Virus record (IMG/VR): IMGVR_UViG_2778261088_000010
Span: 1-32,475 of that record
Source: a virus
Lineage: Duplodnaviria > Heunggongvirae > Uroviricota > Caudoviricetes
DNA: 32,475 nt
Reading direction: 5' to 3' (one strand)
The notes under the pieces are model-generated. The model saw only the letters and a list, made by a program, of their open reading frames with translations. It was not told the origin of the DNA and did no database searches. The translations under genes and the position numbers were made by a program. Shown piece after piece: positions 1-9,053 of the stretch (the stretch's first letter is position 1; every line of letters begins with the position of its first letter).

Positions 1-456
1 CAGTACAAAAGAGGCACTCACCGCGCTCAGTTCGCTGCACTGCTCGATGCGCCAGCGGCTGATCACCTCCTGCTCCGGATCGGCGTCACTGTTTCCGTTG
101 ACGAAGTTCACCGCATCCAGAAAACGGGCGTAAACCTTACGCCGGACCACCGTTCCGCCGACCAGACTCTGCAGATCTTCCGCCATCCCGGTGACCATGC
201 CGTGCAGGTTAGAAACCGTCAGTGTCGGACGGGCAGCACTGCCCTTGCCGTTCAGTTCAAATCCCGTCCCCTGAATGGGATACGCCTGATACTGTCGCCC
301 CTGCCAGGTGACCGGCTCACCTTTTTCGTTCTGCTCATTACAGAAAAAATAACGTTCTCCACCGACCTCTGTCAGATCGATTTCCCAGAGCACCACCTGG
401 GCTGACTGAGTGAGGCGTGTCGTCTCATGATGTGTTTCCTGTGGAATATCCTGCAT
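1..456 (-). CDS. L: Minor tail protein L, N-terminal part; the 3' end runs past the left window edge
   Basis: Hand translation of the minus strand from the ATG at 456..454 gives MQDIPQETHHETTRLTQSAQVVLWEIDLTEVGGERYFFCNEQNEKGEPVTWQGRQYQAYPIQG..., which closely matches lambda gpL as I recall it. It lies directly downstream of M, as in lambda. It is absent from the ORF track because no stop falls inside the window. Confidence 0.85.
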   Translation of the reverse strand, partial: MQDIPQETHHETTRLTQSAQVVLWEIDLTEVGGERYFFCNEQNEKGEPVTWQGRQYQAYPIQGTGFELNGKGSAARPTLTVSNLHGMVTGMAEDLQSLVGGTVVRRKVYARFLDAVNFVNGNSDADPEQEVISRWRIEQCSELSAVSASFVL

Positions 457-465
457 CAGAGACTC

Positions 466-795
466 CTATGCCACGACCTGTTCAAAATCTGCCGTTATGG
501 TTACCCACAACGCCCCCACGCTTGCCGACCATTTACGACAAACCACCCTGATCGGCTTCCAGTCATAAGGTGGCGTCCACTGAAATGCGCGGACGCCACC
601 GTGCCGTTCCAGAAAGGCTTTTAAAGATGGGTGTTCACATTTACGAACACGTATCGTCACGCTGTAAGTCGACAACTGGTTATTCAGTCCCGCCGCACGA
701 CGCTGTTCATAACCATCGCCCAGCTTCACTGTCACTACTTTCGGCTCTGATACCACATTCATATCCGGGCGCACTTTCCAGTGAAACTTCTCCAT
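466..795 (-). CDS. M: Minor tail protein M
   Basis: The 109-aa product (MEKFHWKVRPDMNVVSEPKVVTVKLGDGYEQRRAAGLN...FEQVVA) matches lambda gpM in length and sequence pattern, and sits between H and L as in lambda. Confidence 0.9.
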   Translation of the reverse strand: MEKFHWKVRPDMNVVSEPKVVTVKLGDGYEQRRAAGLNNQLSTYSVTIRVRKCEHPSLKAFLERHGGVRAFQWTPPYDWKPIRVVCRKWSASVGALWVTITADFEQVVA

Positions 796-3700
796 TACCG
801 ATATGCTCCACTTAACCGACCACCATCACGGGCCTGCTGTTGCATAAAGTCCGCTGCCGCTTTTTTCCCAAGGTCATAAACCACCTTCAGGGCAGCCGGA
901 CCTATCTGCCCGTTCGTGCCATCGTTATTGATCTCGATGTTGTACTGCGGGGCAAACATCGCCATACCTGAACCACCAATATCCGCCACAACCCCCAGCT
1001 TACCGTCAGCACCACGACGCAGTGGCAGAATGGCTTCAGGTCCAGCTTCCCCCATCACACCCGCGCCTTTTGCAAAAGCAAAAAACGTCGGACGGTTAAC
1101 CACCGTGCCACTGTAACGACTCAAATCAGCAGACTGATAAATCCCCCCATTGGCATTCAGGGAAAGGCTGCTGAGATCAAATCCCAGTACACTGCCAATC
1201 CCTTTTATCGATTTCATCATGGTTGCCTGCGCCAGGATTTTCGCCATATCTGACAGCACCGAAGAGGTGAAGGATTTGAAGTTGAGTTTGCCGGTAGTGA
1301 CAAAAGTTGCCAGGCCATTTCCCATGTTGCTGAAGGCTGACGAGAACACCTGTTCTGCTGTTCCTGCCGTATTATCTGCATCCACGGTAAAATCCTGAAA
1401 TGCACGCAGGACTCCGTTTTTCCAGTTACCCTGCACAACTTCAAGCTGTTGCCAGTAACGGCGATTCTCATTCAGTTGTCGGTTCAGGCTCTCCGTCAGC
1501 GCCTGCTCGGCCTTTCTGTAGTCATCCGTGTTATATGTCCCTTTCTGCTCACTATCCCGCCTCAACTGCTCCAGCTGTTGCTGGTATTTCTGGCGAAGAC
1601 TCAGTTGTACCTGATATCGCTGCCGCTGCTGATCACCCATACCCACCGTGGCGATATCCAGGTCATGTTGCTGACGCTGAGCGCGCTCTTCTTCAGCCAG
1701 TTGACTGGTCAGCTGAATTGTTTTTTTCTTCAGATCGTTGAGTGCCGTTTGTTTCTGAAGCTCCTGCTGTTTTACATCCAGCAGCGTCAGTGCCTGAATC
1801 AGTTCATCTTTACGGGCCAGCACACTCTTTTCATCTGCCGTCAGTTTTTTCCCGTCCAGATCGCTGATGCGCTGCTGCAGAGCCAGAAGCTGTTTATGCG
1901 CTTCTGTCATCCTGTCAGTGGCAATGCCTGCTGACTGTCTTGCAGCAGCAATCTGTCCTTCCACCTGTGCCTGTTGCTGACTGTACTGCAGCAATAACCG
2001 GGTGGCCTCATCATTACGGGTTTCGCGTGTTTTTTTCTTACCGGATGCCAGGGCTTTCTCGTAACGTTCATTTTCACGTTGTATCGCCGCATCCCTGACA
2101 GCCTGGTCGGCGTACTGCATGGCATTAATACGCGCAATTTCACGCTGATGTCGTGCTGCTTCCGTTTCATTCATCCGGTTCAGTGCAGCATTTTCAGCAT
2201 TACGTCGTTTCTGTTGCTCCTGATAATTCCGCTCTGCCTGCTCTTTTGCATCCTGCAAATCCTTCTGGCGTTTTTTCTCCTGAAGATCGTTAAGACGCTG
2301 CTGATCGTATTCAACCTGAGAAGATGATGCCGTCCAGGGGAGTCTTTTCGCCCGCGACACTTTCTCCTGTAAAGCGGTAATCTGTTCATCCAGCGAGTCT
2401 TCACGACCAATATTCATGGCCGCATCCCAGAAACGACTCCACAAATCAGACAGATACTTCAGCGTACTGCCAAGCGCATTGAGGTTATTATCAATATCCG
2501 CAGTACGCCGACCGGTTTCCTCTGCCAGTGCAGACATGGCTATCCGTGCAGCATCACTGGACCGTCCCTGATCCCCAAGGACACGTATCTGCTCAAGCTG
2601 AGTGGCAGTAAGAAAATGCAGCTCATTGTCCAGAGCCTTCGCGGCATTTACAGGATCATCCTTCAGCCGCTTAAACTGATTTATGGTATCGCTGACCGAC
2701 TGGCCAACCGATCGCTCCATCTGTGCGGCAGCTCTCGCCACCATACCGATATCGTTTCCACGAAATGCACCACTCCCCACCACCTGCGCCAGCGCACCGG
2801 CTGCAGCATGTTGCGTGATACCATTCCCGGAAATAGCACGACTGAGCGTCCACAGCTGCCCGGCAGTAACTCCGGCATAATGCCCCGTCAGCGACAACTG
2901 GCGGTTAAATTCTTCCCCCTCCTTCTGACCGTCATACCAGGCTTTACCCAGACCATAGACGGCCGCGGCAATACCGCCAATAACCCCGCCAAGCATCATG
3001 CCTTTCGGTGACATCAGTGTGTCTATCCATCCGGCACGGTTAGCCAGCGTTATCCAGGATCCCCTCAGCGCCCCTAAATTGCCGCGGGCCAGTTCACCTA
3101 TCAGAACGCCTATCTCCTGGCGGGCTGCTGCACTTTTCAGACCCAGCGAATGCGTGGCTTTTCCTGCCTGCTCCATTTTGCGGATATACACTTCTGCAGC
3201 ACTGCTTACCCCCAGCTGGGCTGCCCTGGCACGAAGCAACTCAGAAGATGAAAGATTCTGGCGGGTTGCCTGCTCTTTAAGCTGACGGATAAACGCCACT
3301 TTCTGTCGGGTAGCCTCTTCCTCAGCCTGTGTAAGAACACGGGTTTTCGCAGTAACCTCAGAAATCAGCGCCAGATAATCCTGCTGACCAATCCCGCCAC
3401 TGTTTCTGGCCTGTCGGATCTGCTGCTGAATACGCTGTAATTCCTGCAGCCCCGCACTGGCCTGTTTCACACTGTCAATCTGACGATAAAACGCAGCAGC
3501 CGCTTTATCCTGAGCCTCCGCCAGAGCCATGGCCTGCGCCTGTTCCTCGCGCATTTTCTGGCTCAGCGCCTCCATGCGCTGGCGGGTTTTCTCCACCTCG
3601 CGGGCCATGCGTTCATGAGCCTGTGCGTTCTTCTCCACCGTCTGCGCATGGACGCATGCGGCTGTTGCAGCCGAAGAAGCCGCCTGCGTTGTCTGCCGGG

Positions 3701-3857
3701 CGGCCTGAGTCTGACGCTCCATAAAACGCTGCATACGGGCAGAAGACCGTTCTGCATCGCTGGCTGCACCATTCAGAAGGTTTTTGATACGGGGAATTTC
3801 ATTTTTAAACTCTGCCGCATCAATCCCCAAATCAATGACCAGGTTGGCTATCTGGTC
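795..3857 (-). CDS. H: Tail tape measure protein (lambda H-like)
   Basis: About 1020 aa, with long coiled-coil Q/A/E/R-rich repeats. The N-terminus (MDQIANLVIDLGIDAAEFK) and C-terminus (NNDGTNGQIGPAALKVVYD...RDGG) resemble lambda gpH. The start is probably the internal Met at 3857 rather than the track start at 3890, which overlaps the GT extension. Confidence 0.9.
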   Translation of the reverse strand, partial: DQIANLVIDLGIDAAEFKNEIPRIKNLLNGAASDAERSSARMQRFMERQTQAARQTTQAASSAATAACVHAQTVEKNAQAHERMAREVEKTRQRMEALSQKMREEQAQAMALAEAQDKAAAAFYRQIDSVKQASAGLQELQRIQQQIRQARNSGGIGQQDYLALISEVTAKTRVLTQAEEEATRQKVAFIRQLKEQATRQNLSSSELLRARAAQLGVSSAAEVYIRKMEQAGKATHSLGLKSAAARQEIGVLIGELARGNLGALRGSWITLANRAGWIDTLMSPKGMMLGGVIGGIAAAVYGLGKAWYDGQKEGEEFNRQLSLTGHYAGVTAGQLWTLSRAISGNGITQHAAAGALAQVVGSGAFRGNDIGMVARAAAQMERSVGQSVSDTINQFKRLKDDPVNAAKALDNELHFLTATQLEQIRVLGDQGRSSDAARIAMSALAEETGRRTADIDNNLNALGSTLKYLSDLWSRFWDAAMNIGREDSLDEQITALQEKVSRAKRLPWTASSSQVEYDQQRLNDLQEKKRQKDLQDAKEQAERNYQEQQKRRNAENAALNRMNETEAARHQREIARINAMQYADQAVRDAAIQRENERYEKALASGKKKTRETRNDEATRLLLQYSQQQAQVEGQIAAARQSAGIATDRMTEAHKQLLALQQRISDLDGKKLTADEKSVLARKDELIQALTLLDVKQQELQKQTALNDLKKKTIQLTSQLAEEERAQRQQHDLDIATVGMGDQQRQRYQVQLSLRQKYQQQLEQLRRDSEQKGTYNTDDYRKAEQALTESLNRQLNENRRYWQQLEVVQGNWKNGVLRAFQDFTVDADNTAGTAEQVFSSAFSNMGNGLATFVTTGKLNFKSFTSSVLSDMAKILAQATMMKSIKGIGSVLGFDLSSLSLNANGGIYQSADLSRYSGTVVNRPTFFAFAKGAGVMGEAGPEAILPLRRGADGKLGVVADIGGSGMAMFAPQYNIEINNDGTNGQIGPAALKVVYDLGKKAAADFMQQQARDGGRLSGAYR

Positions 3858-4161
3858 CATAACGCACACCTCCGGAAATACCTTCCCCAAGATGCATCAG
3901 TTCTTCGTCCGTTCGCTCCGGTATCCCGTTCTCTTCCGGTAAAAGGCTGAAATCAGCCACCGCAGCATCACTGCTGCCGGACACCATTCTCACGATCAAT
4001 GCCTTCAGCGAGGCAAACTGCGCATCCATCCACACATCACTGAAGCTCTGCATCCGGAAATAATCGCCCCACTCACCAAGCTCAGTGGCCGACATTTCCG
4101 ACAGCATCCGCCGCCAGTCTGCCCGCCTGAACTCCCGGGCAAGCCGCATGACAAACTGCAT
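3832..4161 (-). CDS. T: T-frame extension of the tail assembly chaperone (G-T product made by -1 frameshift)
   Basis: This ORF sits in the -1 frame relative to G and overlaps the end of G. The T frame is open from 4194, upstream of the G stop at 4172..4170. The position between G and H matches the lambda G/GT arrangement. Confidence 0.6.
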   Translation of the reverse strand: MQFVMRLAREFRRADWRRMLSEMSATELGEWGDYFRMQSFSDVWMDAQFASLKALIVRMVSGSSDAAVADFSLLPEENGIPERTDEELMHLGEGISGGVRYGPDSQPGH

Positions 4162-4169
4162 TTCCCGCG

Positions 4170-4556
4170 TCAGGACTTTTCCGGCGTCAGCACCTCATGC
4201 TCCAAATCCCCGGCATTCTCAATGGCTCCCATACCGCTCAGCGACAGAACCATCTCCGCCCCCGCTCCCAGGGCATCATACGACCATGTTGTAATAACGG
4301 ATGCGCAAAGCGTCTCAACATCCTGAGACTGTTCCGCATTCCACAGTGAGCGGGAAACCAGCCAGGCATTGATATCCATCCCCATCCGTAGAAAAGCAAT
4401 CTGTCGTTCAGCCTCCGGCAGTTCTCCCTCTTCGGCATCAAACTTTGCCGTTCGCTGCTGAACAAACGCCAGATATTCAATTCTCTGCAGCCCGGACAGC
4501 TCACTGAGCACCACGGACTGCTTTTCATAATTAAACGTGCCCTGTTTCAGAAACAT
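4170..4556 (-). CDS. G: Tail assembly chaperone G
   Basis: The product (MFLKQGTFNYEKQSVVLSELSGLQRIEYLAF...) resembles lambda gpG, which carries LSELSALQRIEHLAL. It lies between V and H. The start is taken at the internal Met at 4556. Confidence 0.75.
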   Translation of the reverse strand: MFLKQGTFNYEKQSVVLSELSGLQRIEYLAFVQQRTAKFDAEEGELPEAERQIAFLRMGMDINAWLVSRSLWNAEQSQDVETLCASVITTWSYDALGAGAEMVLSLSGMGAIENAGDLEHEVLTPEKS

Positions 4557-4572
4557 CATGTTCTCCACCTGC

Positions 4573-4596
4573 AAAAAAGCCCCGGATAACCGGGGC
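4573..4596 (-). terminator. Hairpin plus U-tract between the major tail gene and G
   Basis: On the minus strand the sequence reads GCCCCGGTTATCCGGGGC followed by TTTTTTG. Confidence 0.5.
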
Positions 4597-4616
4597 AAAT
4601 GATGAGTATCGTCCTG

Positions 4617-5360
4617 TTAACCTGCGGCGCTGACAGCCACCGTAGCCACTGCCACAAAATCGCCGTCAGAAGTCATGCCCACAATGCTGACACTGCCCTG
4701 CTTCACGCCTTTCACCGTGGCCACAAGCCCGTTCAGGGTCACCGTGGCAGTCTGTGGATCTGTCGAATGCACACTGATCGCTTTGTCACTGGCTCCGTCA
4801 GGTTTTACTGTAAAGGTCAGCGTGGTGGTTGCTCCCACTTTTACACTGGCAGATGCCGGTGCCACCGTCAGCCCGGTAACGCCCACGATTTCAGTGCCTT
4901 CCTCTGCCAGATACGGACGCCCCACACCGCTGATTTTCACTGTGCGGGTCATCACGTCTTTTGAGGCAATGGTTTTACCCAGTGAACTCAGCCAGCCACG
5001 GAAAACATCAACAGTACCGTTGGGATATTTGATACGAAAAGCGCAGACTTCACCGGAGTCGAACAACTGAACCAGTTTTTTCTGCCCGCTGTCCCCCGGA
5101 CGCCAGGCCAGCGTCGCCGAAGTATCACCGACTGATTTCTGCCCCTGGGTTGTCGTTTTCCAGTCTGCATCTTCATCATCGAGATAAGTGTCATCTTCTG
5201 CATCAGCGGTCATTTCGCCAGGTTGCAGATCCTTCACCATCGCAAGACGCAGCCAGTCAGTGTCCGATAAAGGGTTCGCAAACGCATCGCCCTTGCCGGT
5301 ATACATCCAGAACGTCGTTCCCGCACCTTTCGTTTTTGCCAGTGGATTTGGTGTGGTCAT
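4617..5360 (-). CDS. V: Major tail protein V
   Basis: The product (MTTPNPLAKTKGAGTTFWMYTGKGDAFANPLSD...YLDDEDADW...NGTVDVFRGW) is strongly similar to lambda gpV. A strong RBS (AAGGAGGTG) precedes the ATG at 5360. Confidence 0.9.
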   Translation of the reverse strand: MTTPNPLAKTKGAGTTFWMYTGKGDAFANPLSDTDWLRLAMVKDLQPGEMTADAEDDTYLDDEDADWKTTTQGQKSVGDTSATLAWRPGDSGQKKLVQLFDSGEVCAFRIKYPNGTVDVFRGWLSSLGKTIASKDVMTRTVKISGVGRPYLAEEGTEIVGVTGLTVAPASASVKVGATTTLTFTVKPDGASDKAISVHSTDPQTATVTLNGLVATVKGVKQGSVSIVGMTSDGDFVAVATVAVSAAG

Positions 5361-5370
5361 TACCACCTCC

Positions 5371-5784
5371 TTAATTCGTGTACGTGATCTGGTACGTGAT
5401 TTCCGCCATCGCCCAGGTGGCCATCTCATTATCACGTTGATAGTTAAAACCGAGTGGGATCAGGGTGTCGATGAGTCCGGAAAGTGCTGGTACATCATTC
5501 AGGGCCGGGAAAATGGTGCTCTCCATCCACATATCCAGCTCTGAATCCGGTGCCTGTGCCCGGATGAAGACAGCAATATGCAGAACAGCCTGCCAGTCAT
5601 CTTCATCCGTCATTTTTCCGGTGTACTGAGCATCACTCAGCCACACCGCCACGGCAGGCAGTTCCTGCGCATCAACAAATGCCGGAAGCCCGTCAAAAAA
5701 CGTGGCGCTGTCTCCACACTGTTCCCGAAGGCGTGCCAGTACGACCTGGCGGATTTGTGTATGTCGGTTCATCGGGTCAGCCAT
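5371..5784 (-). CDS. U: Tail terminator protein U
   Basis: The 137-aa product carries ATFFDG, PAVAV and PDSELD-WMES motifs like lambda gpU, and lies upstream of V. Confidence 0.8.
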   Translation of the reverse strand: MADPMNRHTQIRQVVLARLREQCGDSATFFDGLPAFVDAQELPAVAVWLSDAQYTGKMTDEDDWQAVLHIAVFIRAQAPDSELDMWMESTIFPALNDVPALSGLIDTLIPLGFNYQRDNEMATWAMAEITYQITYTN

Positions 5785-6359
5785 AACCTCAGTTGTTGTT
5801 TCAGTGCATACCCCAGCTGTTTCGGCATTTCCGCAGCAATGATGCGGTCGCGGGCATCTTCAAATGCCTGTGTCAGCGGTCCGGACAGCGGGATTTTCAC
5901 TACCTCCACAGGAAGACGATTTTTTCTTGGCCTGCCCTGATGGTCATGCCCTGTTGCAAAACGCGCTTCAGGAAGACGCCTCAGAACATGCCAGCGGCCA
6001 TTCGCCAGTTGCTGAATAAATGCCCCCCGGAAAAAGTATTTTCCCACTCTCAATCCTTCACCAGCACGCCGCCGTGTTGTGTTCAGTTTGATGGCGGGCA
6101 GATTGCCCCGGTTAACGCGGATCCTGGCCGTCATTTTTCCTGACGGACTGGCTTTAAACACCCGGACACGCTGACGTACCAGTTTCAGGGGGATCCCTTT
6201 CACCTGGTTATCTCCCGCAACGGTATTCCCGGCAACCTGCCGGGTGGCAACCGAGACCGCTTTCTGTGCCACACGGTTTATCGCCCATGCGCTGGCCTGT
6301 GGCACCATACGGGTATCAAGGCTGTTCAGATTGCGGATAGCATTCTCAAGCCCCTTCAT
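5769..6359 (-). CDS. Z: Tail completion protein Z
   Basis: The 196-aa product contains GAFIQQLANGRWHV, VVKIP and KQLGYAL..QLR motifs matching lambda gpZ. Confidence 0.8.
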   Translation of the reverse strand: MKGLENAIRNLNSLDTRMVPQASAWAINRVAQKAVSVATRQVAGNTVAGDNQVKGIPLKLVRQRVRVFKASPSGKMTARIRVNRGNLPAIKLNTTRRRAGEGLRVGKYFFRGAFIQQLANGRWHVLRRLPEARFATGHDHQGRPRKNRLPVEVVKIPLSGPLTQAFEDARDRIIAAEMPKQLGYALKQQLRLWLTR

Positions 6360-6370
6360 CCCACACCTCT

Positions 6371-6646
6371 TTACTCAATAAAGATCATTGGCTTACCGTT
6401 AAAGCGTTCATGCCGTGTGACCGTCCATTGTTGTCCGTCATAAACAACGCGATCCCCGCGCCGTGGGCGGTATCCCGAAGAAAACACCACCAGAGAGACC
6501 GCAGGTCCGGACAGAGCATTCAGCTCTGCCAGTGTTTCTCCCGGGATCACAGTCATATCGACATCATTAATCGAGGCTGTCTTTCCCATCTTTCTGACCG
6601 TGATCGCATCCATACGCGCTGCCAGCCGGGAAAAGGGATCAGACAT
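6371..6646 (-). CDS. Head-tail joining protein (FII-like)
   Basis: A 91-aa ORF in the FII position, between the head module and Z. The assignment rests mainly on position and size. Confidence 0.6.
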   Translation of the reverse strand: MSDPFSRLAARMDAITVRKMGKTASINDVDMTVIPGETLAELNALSGPAVSLVVFSSGYRPRRGDRVVYDGQQWTVTRHERFNGKPMIFIE

Positions 6647-6962
6647 TGAGTTTTACCGGCACTTCTTCTGCACTGGTTCCGGCATCTGCCCAGACAACCC
6701 CGACCAGCGGATCAGAGCCGCTGTTAGTCAGCTGAACTTTTCCGGACTTCAGATAAACCTTCTTACCCGTTTTCATGTCATCCGTTTTCAGCTTAGGCAG
6801 GATAAACACACCTTCGGTCATGCCGTCGCCTGTTTCACCCTGTGGAATATCGGTCAGCGCTACCGCAAAAACATCACCCACCTGCACCAGATCTCCGCTG
6901 CTGATGGCTGCACTGGCAACAATCGCCACCGTTTTTCCTTCTTCTACAAAATTCTTTGCCAT
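6639..6962 (-). CDS. Small head-associated protein (possibly DUF2190-like head decoration or cement protein)
   Basis: About 107 aa from the internal Met at 6962, which has a GGAG RBS. It lies directly downstream of the capsid gene and is Gly/Val-rich. The function is inferred from position only. Confidence 0.45.
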   Translation of the reverse strand: MAKNFVEEGKTVAIVASAAISSGDLVQVGDVFAVALTDIPQGETGDGMTEGVFILPKLKTDDMKTGKKVYLKSGKVQLTNSGSDPLVGVVWADAGTSAEEVPVKLNV

Positions 6963-7005
6963 AACTGTCTCCGCACAGCCCCGTTCAGGGGCTGATTTCA
7001 GGTAC

Positions 7006-7024
7006 AAAAAAAGCCCTTACGGGC
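7006..7024 (-). terminator. Rho-independent terminator after the capsid gene
   Basis: On the minus strand the hairpin GCCCGTAAGGGC is followed by a run of seven T, immediately downstream of the capsid stop at 7049. Confidence 0.55.
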
Positions 7025-7048
7025 CATCAGAGTTGTTGTCTGCGACGT

Positions 7049-9007
7049 TTACGCCGTACATTTCACCAGACCGCGGTGATCAACTGGCGCGACACCGGCG
7101 TCAATACGCACTTTCGTTGTCACGCCATCCACACTGAAGCCCTCCATCTGATCAATATATGGCGTATCCACACCGTTGAGATAAGCCACTTCAATCGTAT
7201 CGGAGCCTTTTGACGCAGCCAGGTAGAAGGTGGTCTGGCTGTTATCATCAAGACGAGGCTCTGCAATAACGGTCGCAAAATCTTTCACCGGGTTAATAAT
7301 ACCGGCGTTAATGTCAGCCCCCTTGACACTTGAGGAGCGAATGACCTGGTTAGCAACAGACTCCATCGCCGTCGGTACCAGTACGAACGCAGGACGAATA
7401 TTCAGATGACGCTCCCCCTCTTTCTGAACGCGCATCAACTGGCGGGCTTTATCCAGCGATGCCACGTCCATTGCAGCGCTCTCCAGTACGTTTGCATGTT
7501 TCGCTTTATCGAACAGACTTACATTATCTGTGGAGATTTTCGGGTTAGACGTCAGAATGGCATAAACCAGATCGGCAATAGTGGATTTCGCCGCACGGCC
7601 CAGTTTCATCGGGACATCGGTCAGCATATTCAGATCATCATTGATAATGGCCTGACGGGTGATACTGAACAGCTCGCCATAGGTCGCCAGTGCAATAGTG
7701 GCCTGTTTATCTCCGGTGGTGACGTATTTATATTCCGCCCCTTCACGCACCTGACGCAGAGCACTGAAGCCCCCCATACCCACACGATGGGCAATTTTAA
7801 AATCAGACAACTGACCTTTCCGCGTCCACTGTTCATAGGTTTCAGGGGCATCTTCCCAGCCCTGCAGAATGGCTTTGTTCGCAACATCCAGCAGAATATT
7901 ACCGAAGTCAGACGTACTGTGTGTGAACGCCGCACCGACCATCTGCATCGGGTTATAACTGGAAACCCCAATACCCCGTTCAGTCAGTGACATACGGGCA
8001 TATTCACGCAGGGTCATCCCGTTGTAGACATTATCACGTTCGGTTTTTTCAAATCCGGCACGCGCCATCAGCGCCTGGCGGATCCCGTCCCCCACAAAAT
8101 TACCGTTACCGGCATAAATATGAGCCGGGGTATTTTTATTGGATGGCGTGGACTCGCGCCCCATCTCGTTCAACAGCTTTTCGCGGGCCTGCTCCAGCGA
8201 ACATTCAGGATCGGCAAGACACTGAGCCTGCAGCGTCTGATAACGCCCGCCAAACATGGCAAACAGATCATTAATACCGTTTACACGCGCTTTTTGCTCT
8301 GCCAGTACCTGCGCACGGATACTGTTTTCATCCACCACGGGTGCTGCTGCCTGCACTGGCGTCCGGGAAGCTGCAGGTTCATTATCCTGTACGCGTGGAG
8401 CACTGTTGCGTGGCGGAGTAATCATGTTTCGAATGGATTCCGGCATCTTTTTAAATTCCTCTGTACGTTTTGACTGAATACATGCCATTGCCTTAACGGC
8501 TGGCGTCACCTGATCAGCAAATCCATGTGCCAGACATTCGGCACCGGACATCCAGGTCTCATCCGCCAGCATGGCAGCAATTTCATCGGTGGTTTTCCCG
8601 GTTTTCTGTGCATAAGCGGGTAACAGAACCGCCTCAACTTTATCGAGCAGGTCGGCATAGGTGCGCATGTCCTCCGCATCACCGCCCGTAAAGCCAAATG
8701 GTTTATGAATCATCATGAAGGTGTTTTCCGGCATAATGACCGGGTTTCCCACCATCGCAATGACCGACGCCATTGATGCCGCCACACCGTCGACATAAAC
8801 GGTAATGGACGCACCATGTGTTTTCAGCGCATTAAAAATGGCGATGCCTTCGAAGACATCGCCACCCGGTGAATTGATATGGAGATTAATGTGGGTGATA
8901 TCGCCCAGTGCATTCAGATCACTGATAAACTGCTTCGCTGTAACACCCCAGAAACCAATCTCGTCATAAATATAAATATCCGCGTCACTCTGGTGACCAG
9001 CCTGCAT
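7049..9007 (-). CDS. Prohead protease (ClpP/S14-like) fused to scaffold and major capsid protein
   Basis: A ClpP-like segment (IYIYDEIGFWGV...HINSPGGDVFEGIAIFNALK...VYVDGVAASMASVIAM) is followed by a long C-terminal capsid-like region in one ORF. The track ORF starts at 9268 but overlaps the portal gene, so I take the start at the Met at 9007, which follows the portal stop. Confidence 0.75.
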   Translation of the reverse strand: MQAGHQSDADIYIYDEIGFWGVTAKQFISDLNALGDITHINLHINSPGGDVFEGIAIFNALKTHGASITVYVDGVAASMASVIAMVGNPVIMPENTFMMIHKPFGFTGGDAEDMRTYADLLDKVEAVLLPAYAQKTGKTTDEIAAMLADETWMSGAECLAHGFADQVTPAVKAMACIQSKRTEEFKKMPESIRNMITPPRNSAPRVQDNEPAASRTPVQAAAPVVDENSIRAQVLAEQKARVNGINDLFAMFGGRYQTLQAQCLADPECSLEQAREKLLNEMGRESTPSNKNTPAHIYAGNGNFVGDGIRQALMARAGFEKTERDNVYNGMTLREYARMSLTERGIGVSSYNPMQMVGAAFTHSTSDFGNILLDVANKAILQGWEDAPETYEQWTRKGQLSDFKIAHRVGMGGFSALRQVREGAEYKYVTTGDKQATIALATYGELFSITRQAIINDDLNMLTDVPMKLGRAAKSTIADLVYAILTSNPKISTDNVSLFDKAKHANVLESAAMDVASLDKARQLMRVQKEGERHLNIRPAFVLVPTAMESVANQVIRSSSVKGADINAGIINPVKDFATVIAEPRLDDNSQTTFYLAASKGSDTIEVAYLNGVDTPYIDQMEGFSVDGVTTKVRIDAGVAPVDHRGLVKCTA

Positions 9008-9053
9008 CCTGAACCAGGAATTATTCTTCGGACTGGTCGTCGGTGTACTGCGG

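Noticed and set aside
916-3285. Multiple plus-strand ORFs of 60-160 aa inside the tape measure gene (for example 916-1116, 1449-1934, 2616-3011, 2998-3285)
   Set aside because: They are shadow ORFs opposite a long, well-supported minus-strand gene with lambda H similarity. Their translations are low-complexity and they lack RBS context.
7406-8477. Plus-strand ORFs within the protease-capsid gene
   Set aside because: They are antisense shadow ORFs of a confidently assigned gene.
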